A stretch of 63,698 nt of DNA, the filler included, from Octopus bimaculoides (Eukaryota), in the NCBI RefSeq assembly GCF_001194135.2. It is 5 parts of 5 records of this genome, joined end to end, with 100 filler letters (N's around TTAATTAATTAA, not from the genome) between each part and the next. Parts side by side here need not be neighbours in the genome. Positions count along the whole stretch, not along the records: positions 26,942 to 56,205 come from NC_068992.1; 4 more parts are not named here. The stretch is one strand, 5' to 3'. This document shows, piece after piece, positions 26,942 through 38,760 of this stretch. The translations under genes were made by a program, and so were the position numbers. The first letter of the stretch is position 1, and every line of letters starts with the position of its first letter. The notes below the pieces were generated by a model. It did no database searches. It was not told the DNA's origin and was given only the letters and a program-made list of their open reading frames with translations.

Positions 26942-29900
26942 GGTACCATAAATAGCATAGTGGCCATAAAGACGGGGGACCTAAAATTGAACACTAGCCA
27001 TAAAGTCGGGGATCAATAATTGCACATTGGCCATAAAGACGGGGACCAAAAATCGCACACTGGCCAAAAAGTCGGGGACCAATGATTGCACACTGGCCAT
27101 AAAGACGGGGACCAAACATTTGCACACTGGCCATAAAGTCGGGGACGAATAATTGCACACTGGCCATAAAATCGGGTTCCAAACATTTGTACACTGGCCA
27201 CAAAATCGGGACCACTAATTGAACACTGGCAATAAATTCGGGTACCAAAAATCGCACTTTGGCCATAAAGTCGGGGACAGATAATTGCACACTGTCCATA
27301 AAAACGGGGACTAAAAATTGAACACTGGCCATAATGTCGGGTTCTAAACATTTGCACTCTGGAAATTTAATCGTTGTCCAAACATTTGCACACTGGCGAT
27401 AAAAATCGGTGTCTAAACATTTGCACACTGGCCATAAAGTCGGGGACCAAAAATTGNNNNNNNNNNTAAAGACGGGGACCTAAAATTGAACAGTGGCCAT
27501 AAAGTCGGGGACCATATATTAGCATAGTGGCCATAAAGACGGGGACCTAAAATTGAACAGTGGCCATAAAGTCGGGGACCATAAATCGCATAGTGGCCAC
27601 AAAGACGGGGACCTAAAATTGAACACTGGCCATAAAGTCGGGGACCATAAATAGCATAGTGGCCATAAAGACGGGGACCTAAAATTGAACACTGGCCATA
27701 AAGTCGGGGACCAATAATTGCACATTGGCCATAAAGACGGGTACCAAATGTTGAACANNNNNNNNNNTAAATAGCATAGTGGCCATAAAGACGGGGACCT
27801 AAAATTGAACACTGGCCATAAAGTCGGGGACCAATAATTGCACATTGGCCATAAAGACGGGTACCAAATGTTGAACACTGGCCATAAAGTCGGGGACCTA
27901 TAATTGAACACTGGCCATAAAATTGGGGACTAAAAATCGCATAGTGGCCATAAAGACGGGGACCTAAAATTGAACACTGGCCATAAAGTCGGGGACCAAA
28001 AATCGCACACTGGCCATAAAGACGGGGACCCAAAATGGAACACTGGCCATAACGTCGGGGACCATAAATAGCATAGTGGCCATAAAGATGGGGACCTAAA
28101 ATTGAACACTGGCCATAAAGTCGGGGACCAATAATTGCACATTGGCCATAAAGACGGGGACCAAATGTTGAACACTGGCCATAAAGTCGTGGACCATAAA
28201 TAGCTTGTGGCCATAAAAACGGGGACCTAAAATTGAACACTGGCCATAAAGTCAGGGACCAACAATTGCCAATTGGCCATAAAGACGGGGACCAAATGTT
28301 GAACACTGGCCATAAAGTCGGGGCCCTATAATTGAACACTGGCCATAAAATGGGGGACCAAAAATTGGTCACTGGCCATAAATACGGTGATCAAAAATTG
28401 NNNNNNNNNNNNNNNNNNNNNNNNNNNNNNNNNNNNNNNNNNNNNNNNNNNNNNNNNNNNNNNNNNNNNNNNNNNNNNNNNNNNNNNNNNNNNNNNNNNN
28501 NNNNNNNNNNNNNNNNNNNNNNNNNNNNNNNNNNNNNNNNNNNNNNNNNNNNNNNNNNNNNNNNNNNNNNNNNNNNNNNNNNNNNNNNNNNNNNNNNNNN
28601 NNNNNNNNNNNNNNNNNNNNNNNNNNNNNNNNNNNNNNNNNNNNNNNNNNNNNNNNNNNNNNNNNNNNNNNNNNNNNNNNNNNNNNNNNNNNNNNNNNNN
28701 NNNNNNNNNNNNNNNNNNNNNNNNNNNNNNNNNNNNNNNNNNNNNNNNNNNNNNNNNNNNNNNNNNNNNNNNNNNNNNNNNNNNNNNNNNNNNNNNNNNN
28801 NNNNNNNNNNNNNNNNNNNNNNNNNNNNNNNNNNNNNNNNNNTAAACATTTGCACACTGGCCATAAAGTCGGGGACCAAAAATTGATATCTGGTCTTAAA
28901 GTCGGGGACCAAAAATTGAACACTGGCCATAAAGTCGGGGTCCAAACATTTGCATACTGGCCATAAAATCGGGGTCAAAACATTTCCATAGTGGCCATAA
29001 AGTAGGGGACCAAAAATTGAACGCTGGCCATAAAGCTGGGGACCAAAAATTGAAAAGTGGCAATAAAGTCGGGGACGAAAAATTGAACACTGGCCAGCGT
29101 TCTATTATTGGACCCTGACTTTATGGCCAGTTTCAATTATTGATTCCCCGACTTTATGGCCAGTGTTCAATGGTTGTTCCCCGACTTCATGGCCAGTGTA
29201 CAATTTTTGGTCTCCTACTTTATGGCCACTGTGCAAATGTTTGGTCTCCGGCTTTATGGCCAGTGTTCAATGGTTGTTCCCCGACTTTATGGCCAGTGTA
29301 CAACTTTTGGTCCCTGACTTTATGGGCCACTGTGCAAATGTTTGGACCCCGTCTTTATGGCCAGTGTGCAAATGTTTTGACCCCGACTTTATTGGCCAGT
29401 GCTCAATTTTTGGTCCCCGACTTTATGGCCAATGTGCAGATGTTTGGTCCCCAACTTTATGGCCATTGTTCAATTTTTCGTCACCGACTTTATGGCCACT
29501 GCAAATTTTTGGATCCCGACTTTATGGCCAGTGTGCAAATGTTTGGACCCCGACTTTATGGCCAGTGTGCAAATGTTTGGACCCCGACTTTATGGCCAGT
29601 GTTCTATTATTGGTCCCCATTTTAAGGCCAGTGTGCAAATGTTTGGACCCGGAATTTATGGCCATTGGTCAAGTCATGGTCCCCGACATTATGCCCACTG
29701 TGCAAATGTTTGGATTCCGACTTTATGGCCAGTGTGCAAATGTTTGGTCTCCGACTTTATGGCCAGTGTTTAATGGTTGGTACCCCATTTTAAGGCAAGT
29801 GTGCAATTTTTGGTCCCCGACTTTATGGCCAGTGTTCAATTTTTGGTCCCGGACTTTATGGCCACTGTGCAAATGTTTGGACCCCGACTTTATGGCCAGT

Positions 29901-30478
29901 GTGCAAATGTTTTGACCCCTACTTTATTGGCCATCCCTGACTTTATGGCCACTGCAAATGTTTGTACCCCGACTTTATGGCCAGTTTCAATTATTGGTCC
30001 CCGACTTTATGGCCAGTGTTCAATGGTTGATCACTGTGGAATTGTGTGGACCCCGACATTATGGCCACTGTGTAAATGTTTGGTCCAAACATTTGCACAC
30101 TGGCCATAATGTCGGGGTCCACACAATTCCACAGTGGCCATAAAGTCAGGGTCAAAACATTTGCACACTGGCCATAAAGTCGGGGTCCATACATTTACAC
30201 AGTGGCCATAAACTTGGGGTCCAAACATTTACACAGTAGCCATAATTTCGTGGTCCAAGCATTTGCACTGTGACCATAAAGTCGATGTCCAATTATTTGC
30301 AGAGTGACCATAAAGTCGGGGTCCAAACATTTACATAGTGGCCATAAAGTCGGGGTCCAAACATATATTCACTGGCCATAAAGTCGGGGTCCAAACATAT
30401 ATATATATATAGTGGCCATAAAATCAGGTTCCAAACATATATACAGTGGCTATAAAGTTGGGCCCAAACATTTGCACT
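26942..30478. repeat. 33-bp minisatellite array (consensus approx. AAAATTGAACACTGGCCATAAAGTCGGGGACC + 1 variable nt) with two orientation switches
   Basis: Units are forward at 26942-29096, reversed at about 29091-30083 and forward again at 30085-30478. Contains internal N gaps. Confidence 0.97.
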
Positions 30479-30529
30479 ACCACTACTGCTACATTTTTCT
30501 GTCTAAACTTTGGAGTATGGACAAAAAAA

Positions 30530-30760
30530 AATTTTATCACCAGGAGAGAAGATGCACCACATCTTTATGACAAAATTTTAGACACAGTTAATGGAGACGT
30601 TCAAATCTCTGCCAGGTTATACACCAACACTCTGCTTATGATTCATTGACGACGTCTATTTTGTCTGAGAAAGATCGTAGGATAATTCAATTAACTTCTT
30701 GCATTTCTGTGACTGTTTTGCAAAAGCTATGTCCTTAAGTCCAATATAACTTTCTTGTCG
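30530..30760 (+). mobile_element. Degenerate PLE-type RT fragment
   Basis: APHLYDKIL...*FIDDVYFV* resembles the AP.YANL...RFIDD.F motifs. Confidence 0.4.
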
Positions 30761-31465
30761 AGTTTTTCAAAAGCTAGCATCAAATATATATATTCCTCTG
30801 AATATATAAGCAATGATAAATACCCTTTCTGCATATCATTTATAATAGGTGAGTTTGGTAACTATCCAATGAGCTACCATTTCTCACATTTTTCTCTACC
30901 ATGTATAATTAGAAAAATCTTATGTAATGTAACTCATGTAATTACTTATGTGTAATGCAGTTCAAAGTGGAAAAGTCTAGAAACAATTGTGACAAATATT
31001 AAACTCTTCTGATATTTTCCTCTTCATTTTTTGCCTTATATATGTGAGTATGCCTGTGTATGTGTACACACAAACATATCTACAGTGGACCATAGACTGT
31101 ATGCTAGCGTATATATCGTTGTGTAACTTTACATATATGCTGAGTGTATTTGGTCTGTACGTGTGGATGTAGGCATAACTGGAAGGACAAATCTGTAGAT
31201 ACTCCAGTAAGTTCGTGAGAGTCGGTACATGCTGTTGATACATGGGTCTACTGTTCTTGACTCCACATTGGCGTTCCTATTATTAATATACTTTGAGTCT
31301 ATTGGATCCTGCTGGTGGCACGTAAAAGTATCCAGTATACTGTGTCAAGTGGTTGGTGTTAGGAAGGGCACCAAACCGTAGAATTGGAGTCTGGACAGTT
31401 CCATGTCAAACCATCCAACACTTGCCAGCATGGAAAGCGGTCGTTAAACGATGATAATGATGATA

Positions 31466-31509
<44 letters not shown>

Positions 31510-32067
31510 GAAAAAATGGAATTAAAAAATCCTGGCAGATATTAATAGAGCATTCAGTATTAAAAGAATTTGGTTATAAACATTCAACAATCAGATACCA
31601 GTAAATGTAAGTAGAAAACATATCTCAGGTAAATCCTCATGCATGACAGGTAAATCTAAATATCTCTACTAGGATCAACGGTCTCTGCTACTGCTGCTAT
31701 TACAGCCAACGGTCACTCCCGCTACTCACCACTACCAACACGGTCACTACTACTACTACTACTTCAGTCAACGATTCTAGTCGAGGCACAAGACAGCCAT
31801 TATGTTCCCACACATAAAACGCTTCCATGTGGACTCTGTTGAAATTAGTAAGAAATAATTATGAACTTTTCTGTTATTACACTTTTAAAAATATATATTT
31901 CTGATAAGGTTCGTTTTTTTTTCAAGAAGAACCGAAACATGTAAAATATCTCTGAGAAAATTAATATTTATCTTATATAGTGGCGTTTTCAAACTTCTTT
32001 TTTATAAATATATACCCACTCGTATGCCACCTACACTTTTTATAAATATATACACACACACACACAC

Positions 32068-32307
32068 ACACAAATCTTTGTGGAACTCAAGGATGACAAT
32101 GTTGAATTTGATTTGAGTTGGGAGATCATTAGGATTAGAAAACCGTACTCAAACAGCAGACATGGGTGCAGGCTTTGCTGCATGGGGCTGTTTGAAATTT
32201 TAAAGAAGTCAAATAGTGAAAATCTAATGAATAATAAACTAGACCTTTGTCTTTCCTGTATACATAAGGCTACCTGCACCTTTAAATATTTTAAGGATGC
32301 TAAGTGA
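32068..32307 (+). mobile_element. Penelope-like element C-terminus (end of GIY-YIG region)
   Basis: ELKDDNVEFDLSWEIIRIRKPYSNSRHGCRLC...LMNNKLDLCLSCIHK. Confidence 0.8.
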
Positions 32308-33747
32308 CGTCTCTAATAGCTCCTAACCTAGGGCCAGTCTAATTTACTCCTTCTCTTGTTGACCGTTCTTGCTATACTTGCATGGTATATTATATTGAAG
32401 GAACTAACCATTCTATTTGTGGTGTACCTAGCATTAGCAGCCTGCTCACCCTAGCCAGTTCTTTTCCAATTCCCCTAAGTAAGTGATCCTTATACCTAGA
32501 TAGTCGCTGTGCGTGTTAAATAATAGATGGAACTCACTATCCAAACCTCTAACTGTCCAGAGTTGCTTTACCTGATTCACACAATGGTGTTTATACTAAT
32601 TAAATAATATCTATTTTCTTTATTGCCCACAGGGGGCTAAACATAGAGGGGACAAACAAGGACAAAGGGATTAAATCGATTACATCGACCCCAGTGCGTA
32701 ACTGGTACTTATTTAATCGACTCCAAAAGGATGAAAGGCAAAGTCGACCTATATAACATTCCAAATTGTTAATCATTAGACTACTTCTTCCTGCTGGCTT
32801 TCTTTGATATCCGATCTGGTATTTCCTCTAACTCTGTACTAAGTGTAGTTTATTGTATAAGCCCCTATTTCTTTGAACCCTCTCATGATATGTAGTACAC
32901 TACTATTACTACCAGGGATTTCCTCTCCAGGCAAACATGTCCGCAAATTACAAGCGGTCTCCATTATCCCATATAACATATTCTTATCTAAAACATCCTA
33001 CATCTTTCCACTTTATCCGATAAATCAATCACACATCACACTACAATCCCTCAAAAGAACTTTCAATTGCCTTGGTACCCACATCCACAGAATACCCTTA
33101 AATTCTGTGTATCTCTGCCCTCTTCCCTTTAGCTAGTGAATCCTAAACCTCAGCCGTATGCCTAATCAGCTTTATTTATGCATTTATATTTCTTCACTTT
33201 TTACTTTCTTTATCTTCAGTCCTCTCCCAACTACTCCCTTCTCTAAACCTAGTATCATAAAACATCACCTATACCCCCCACTTTTAGCCTACCAAAGAAC
33301 CAGTCTAGCAGACTCATATCTCACCTAGGTTGCTGACCCTAAATATCACACTATACCCATTTCACAAACTATATCCTTACAATAACCCCACCCACTAATA
33401 CCCACAGCAGCCAACTTTGTTGGTCATTGTCCTATTTCATGGTCATCCTCAACAGACTTCAGCCATGTTCTGGTGTATTCTTGGGATATTTCTTTTGTTT
33501 GTGAAATTACATTTCATCTGATGATTACAGTTTTTTGTAACGAAGTAATCTTCTAATTCTTCTATTAAAAAAATATATAAGAAACAGCTGTTATAAGCTG
33601 ACAATTATCCCTCGACTGTTATTATTCATTTGATTATATATATATATATTCTTGATTTTTTGGTAGTTTTGTTTCTTAATAAACATAACTCAAACAAAAT
33701 ATAATTGACTGAATTTTTGGCAAAGAGAAGCACACACATACACACAT

Positions 33748-33829
33748 ATTGTTACCAGAGGTGAACACTGATTTGCACATACACACACATTGTTACCAGA
33801 GGTGAACACTGATTTGCACATACACACAT
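33748..33829. repeat. 41-bp tandem duplication
   Basis: ATTGTTACCAGAGGTGAACACTGATTTGCACATACACAC.. at 33748 and 33789. Confidence 0.9.
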
Positions 33830-34286
33830 ATTATACACTAAAACAAACTTCATTCAATTTCTCAATTCTTCAAAGGCAGAATTGTTAGGGCACCGGGTGA
33901 AATGCTTAGTGGTATTTCGTCTGTCTTATGTTCTGAGTTCAAATTCTGCCAAGGTTGACTTTGCCTTTTATCCTTTGGGGGCCAGTAAATTAAGTACTAA
34001 TCACTTTAAAGTGATCTAAATTAAAACCTTCCACCAAAATTTCATTTTCATTTATGTTCCAAACACCAACTCAATAATTACAGTAATTTTCCACTAAATT
34101 CTTCATTATTTTCAAAATTAATTGAAAGGAGAACAGTGCATTTCAACAGAAATGTGCTTAAAGGTTTAAACATAATTCCCCCCCCCCCCATTTTTACATG
34201 AATTTTTCAGTGGCAATTTATATTGCAGCAGTTCTGATATACCACAAACCATTCAACTATGAATTAAGAACACAGTTTATTTCACT

Positions 34287-34361
34287 GGTCAGCTAATCTG
34301 AGGTCAGCTAATCTGAGGTCAGCTAATCTGAGGTCAGCTAATCTGAGGTCAGCTAATCTGA
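34287..34361. repeat. 15-bp tandem repeat GGTCAGCTAATCTGA x5
   Basis: Five perfect consecutive copies plus a partial sixth. Confidence 0.97.
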
Positions 34362-35039
34362 GGCCAGCTGAGGTATGTGTCATGTGCAAGAATACGTCAT
34401 AATGTCAACTTACTAAAACACTTCTTAATCACTACATAGATTGCTTCCTTAATGGAATGCTATAACCCAAAAGGTAACAAGAATTGTATTTATTTCATTG
34501 GTTAACTTTTCAGTCTTGGTCCACATATTTGGAGTTGAACCTGAAAAGGGATGTAATGAAAATAATAATAACAATATTTTCTGGCATAGATGAGCTGTCA
34601 AGTTTAAAATAGAGTCTTGTCCAATAGTCAGCACCATACCAAATTGTGAAGTAGAAAATACAAATGATTTCTCTCATTAAAACCAAAATATGAAAGACAC
34701 AGATAAAGATAACTGAATCAAGTCTAGCGCATGATTAATATTTATTGTATCAGCCCTGAAGACATAAAAGGCACATACATTCTGGTGGCATTTAATACTT
34801 TGTCTCCCATGGAACCCCCCACTCCCATGCTATATCCTTAATATGGTACAAAATAGGCTTAGTAGACAAAGTGCTGAACTTAGAAGAGACAGGAATAAAC
34901 CTAAATAATTATTTGGCCATATATCATTTCTGCTACAGTGTTGCCTCCTCATCAGTCACAATCATAACAACATGAGTATTGCCTTTGAAAAAGAAAATGG
35001 GAATATTCACTATATGACACCAAAAGCCAACCCAGAAAG

Positions 35040-36130
35040 CCTTTCAACTGAGAGGTGCTGCAACTGAACAGTGCAGGCCCAGTTGTGATCTAGAGACTTC
35101 TATACACAAAGTCAGAGGTAGAGAGAAAAGGTGGGATAAGGAGGCAAACCATAGTGCAAATGAATTCTGGATCAGAAGTGAACCCAGTAGACGGGGACTC
35201 TGAAAATGCATGAAATCAAAATAGTATGAAATAAAACACAGAGATAAGTAAGCAATGGCTAGCTGACAAGGCAAAAGCAACAAGGAAAAAAATGGGTGGC
35301 TAACAGACGTGGGAATTGAAGAAGAACTGAAAAGGAAAATAGAAAACAATGATAATACTGCACCAGCAGATTGCGTGTCTAATAAGGATGCAGACATGAA
35401 TGGTGGCAGTGAAGATGTAGGGCCAAGTACTAATGTAAAGACATTGTCAGTGAATGAAGCAGAAACAATGAGAAGAGCTGTATTAGAAGGATGCGATGAT
35501 GATCAACAAGACATAGTGAGGATCATCATCATCATCATCGTTTAACGTCCGCTTTCCATGCTGGCATGGGTTGAACGATTTGACTGAGGACTGGTGAAAC
35601 CGGATGGCTACACCAGGCTCCAATCTAATTTGGCAGAGTTTCTACAGCTGGATGCCCTTCCTAATGCCAACCACTCTGAGAGGATGATGTACTGATATAT
35701 TGGAGAAGACCAGGATGAAACACCACCCAATCAGAGGTATGTTGATAGGTGCAAGCTAAAAGCTGAAACCAAAGAGATAGATTCTGCTAATTGATAAACT
35801 AATCCTTAGAAACTGCAAGAGAAGACACAAATCTGAGCATAGCATGGATGAATTATCTTTTCAATATGAGATAGCTCAACCATGGAAAATGAAGAAGGTG
35901 AAGATAGCAGTAATTATTGTTGGATCCTTGGGAACAGTATCAAGAGGAATATAAAGAAAATAGGAACAGAGTCGCCAATAGTCAGAGGTTACAAAAGGTT
36001 TGCTTCCTTGGCATGGCAAGAATCATCAGGAAAGTATTAAATAGTTGAAAAGAACAGATGGCATGGTACCATAGGCTGCTACACATGCAAGACTCCAGGA
36101 GTTCCAACCAAACCGGAGTTAAACAAAATT
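35040..36130 (+). mobile_element. Internally deleted REL-LINE (N-terminal region, RT fragment, C-terminus) with a nested RTE-type tail at 35522-35683
   Basis: NGWLTDVGIEEELKRKIEN; KLILRNCKRRHTNLSIAWMNY; WKMKKVKIAVIIVGSLGTV...LQKVCFLGMARIIRKVLNS*. Confidence 0.7.
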
Positions 36131-36134
36131 AAAA

Positions 36135-36510
36135 TAATGGTTTCAAATTTTGGCACAAGGCCAGCAATTTCAGGAGAGGGAATAAGTCGATTACAACAAC
36201 CCTAATATTCAACTGGTACTTATTTTATCGACCCTGAAAGAATGAAAGGCAAAGCTAACCTCGAAAGAATTTGAACTCAGAATGTAAAGACAGATGAAAT
36301 GCTGCTGAACATTTTGTCCAGCATGCTAACAGCTCTGCCAATTCGCCACCTTAATAATAATAATAATGATAAACCTTTCTAGTATAGGCACAAGGCCAGC
36401 AATTTAGTGGGGTGGAGTTAAGTTAATTACATCGATCCCAGTACTCAACTGGAACTTATCTTATTAACCTTGAAAGGATGAAAAGCAAAGTTGACCTTGA
36501 CAGAACTTGA
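36135..36510 (-). mobile_element. Two stacked SINE family B copies separated by (TAA)n
   Basis: Direct motif match. Similar stacks at 37255-37735 and 40495-40880. Confidence 0.85.
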
Positions 36511-36654
36511 ATGAGACCAGGCCTGGCCAACTCGAATTACATTGCGGGCCACTTTAATTAGAGAAAGTTTTTTGAGGGCTGCTTGTATACTTTATGCACC
36601 AATAGACAAATAATCAAATTACAGAATCAAGTATTTTGCATATTTTTCTTTTAT

Positions 36655-37068
36655 TTTTTATTTGTTTCAGTCATTTGATTGCAGCCATGCTGGAGCACCG
36701 CCTTTAGTCAAAGCAATTGACCCCAGGACTTATTCTTTGTAAGCCTACTTCTTATTCTATCGGTCACTTTTGCTGAACTGCTAAGTTATGGTCTCTTTTG
36801 CCAAACTGCTAAGTTACGAGGACATAAACACATCAACATTGGTTGTCAAGTGATGGTGGGGGAGACAAACACAGACACACAAATATATACACACACACAT
36901 ATACGACGGGCTTCTTTCAGTTTCCATCTGCCGAATCCACTCACAAGGCTTTGGTCGGTCCGAGGCTATAGTAGAAGACACTTGCCCAAGGTGCCACACA
37001 GTGGGACTGAACCCGGAACCATGTAGTTCTTAAGCAGGCTACTTACCACACAGCCACTCCTGCACCTA
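36655..37068 (-). mobile_element. SINE family A, full length
   Basis: Colinear with the copies at 46381, 49860, 53454 and 55350. Confidence 0.92.
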
Positions 37069-37543
37069 AGTTTAAAATTATAAAATTGTAGGCTATTGCT
37101 TTGTTGCTACTTTTAAATTCTAAATTTATTTTGAAACATGTTTTACACAAACAATTTTATTTTGAAATTAAACACAATACTTCAAGAAAATATCAAGAGG
37201 GCCACAAGATAAAAGTCTGTGGGCCACATGCAGCCCATGGGCTACAGGTTGGCCATTAAGCATTTTGTCCAACATGCCAACTGTTCTGCATTCTCACAAC
37301 CTTAATAATAATGATAATAACTGATTTCAAATTTTGACACAGGGCCAACAATTTCAGGGGAGGAGGTAAGTCGATTTCATTGACCCCAGTACTCAACCGG
37401 AATTTATTTTATCAATTCCAAAGGATGAAAGACAAAGGTGACCTCAGTAAGATTTGAACTCAAAACGTTAGGATGGAGAAAATGCTACTGAGCATTTTGC
37501 CCAGTGTGCTAACAATTCTGCCAAATCTGCTTAAATAAACATA

Positions 37544-37574
<31 letters not shown>

Positions 37575-38083
37575 AATAATCTTTTCAACTATAGGCACAA
37601 GGCCTTAAATTTTGGGGGAGGGGGTAGTCAGTTACATCGACCCTGGTGTATAACTGAAAGGATGAAAGGCAAAGTTGACCTTGGCAGAATTTGAACTTGG
37701 AACGTAAAGATGGATGAAATGCCATTAAAAGTGAAGGTTGAGCATTGCAAAAGAAAAGTGGTATTCAAGACTTTTCCAAAAACATTAGTAAAGCAAGGTA
37801 AAGTCGTTCCATTTTGAAATTCAACATCAGCCACCACCACCACCACCACCACCTTCCAACACCACCTTCACAACAATTACAACAATAAACATACCAAAAG
37901 CAACCTTAAAAAAATGAGAAGAACTGATTTGAAGAAAAGAAGAATGGACTTGAAAATTATGTTGAATGTTGATACAAAGATGATAAAGAACACGAATCCC
38001 ATGCAAGAGACTGGATGCAATTACATTCCACCAAAAACTCAGTTTAATATTGGTTGTTTAAAGCACAAGTAACATATATTTAG

Positions 38084-38089
38084 TTTATT
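38084..38089 (-). terminator. Candidate polyadenylation signal AATAAA for GBA2
   Basis: Minus-strand AATAAA about 87 nt after the stop codon. No transcript evidence. Confidence 0.3.
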
Positions 38090-38175
38090 GGGGAACTGTA
38101 ATAAATATAACAGTGACTGTCCTGGCGTTTTCAGGATCAGCAATGTTTGAATAAGAAAGAAAGGTGGGTCACTGA

Positions 38176-38382
38176 TCAAAGAGGATTTGATATTGGAGAT
38201 GTGGACTGAGTAATAGACAATGCCCACTGAATGGACCAAATAGCCAATGGTCGCATGTAGCCAAGAGAACGATAGACATTGTCCAGTGTGTAAGCTTCAG
38301 GTGTCTGGAATGACAGTCCAAGGACCTCCCAACACATATGATAAGCTCCCCATGCAGTCTGGAACCCTTCTTTGCTCATTCC
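38176..38382 (-). CDS. GBA2: GBA2 terminal coding exon: [68 protein letters not shown]
   Basis: GL.FQTPEA...RSL.YMRPL.IW motif. cag acceptor at 38383-38385, TGA at 38176-38178. Confidence 0.97.
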   Translation of the reverse strand, partial: GMSKEGFQTAWGAYHMCWEVLGLSFQTPEAYTLDNVYRSLGYMRPLAIWSIQWALSITQSTSPISNPL

Positions 38383-38760
38383 CTGGAAAGAAGAAGAAAT
38401 ATAATGAAATTAAGTGACTGTTGTGAACACTGCTGCCAATAATTTCTCAAAAGATACAACAAAATACAATGCATATTAAACACAGGCGTTTCAATAGATG
38501 GGTGGTGGGAACAGACAAGTTACATTAAGAGGAGAGGATGGGTGAAACATGTTATACAATATAAACAGAGAACAAGTTAAAAAGAACTTATAAAAAACAC
38601 AAATGATTTCATGGAATAAATAAATGAGAAAAATAAAATATTTATTAAAAAAAATTGAGTTTAAAAAGTGCAACAATCTGCACATAAGTGGAACGTTATC
38701 CTTGTATTAATTAAGGTACTCTACATTATCTGATTAACCAACATTACTTCTATTCAGTTG

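Noticed and set aside
26942-30478. Long ORFs with 11-aa repeats (GPRLYGQCAII, WSPTLWPVFNF, VPDFMASVQFL) as a repetitive structural protein
   Set aside because: All three frames of one strand are open simply because the 33-bp unit lacks stops there. Frames shift freely, polarity flips, and no splice or start context supports a gene. Only proteomics or spliced transcripts would revive the idea.
26942-30478. CRISPR-like array
   Set aside because: There are no unique spacers, the inter-core segments are variants of one motif, no cas genes are present, and the context is eukaryotic.
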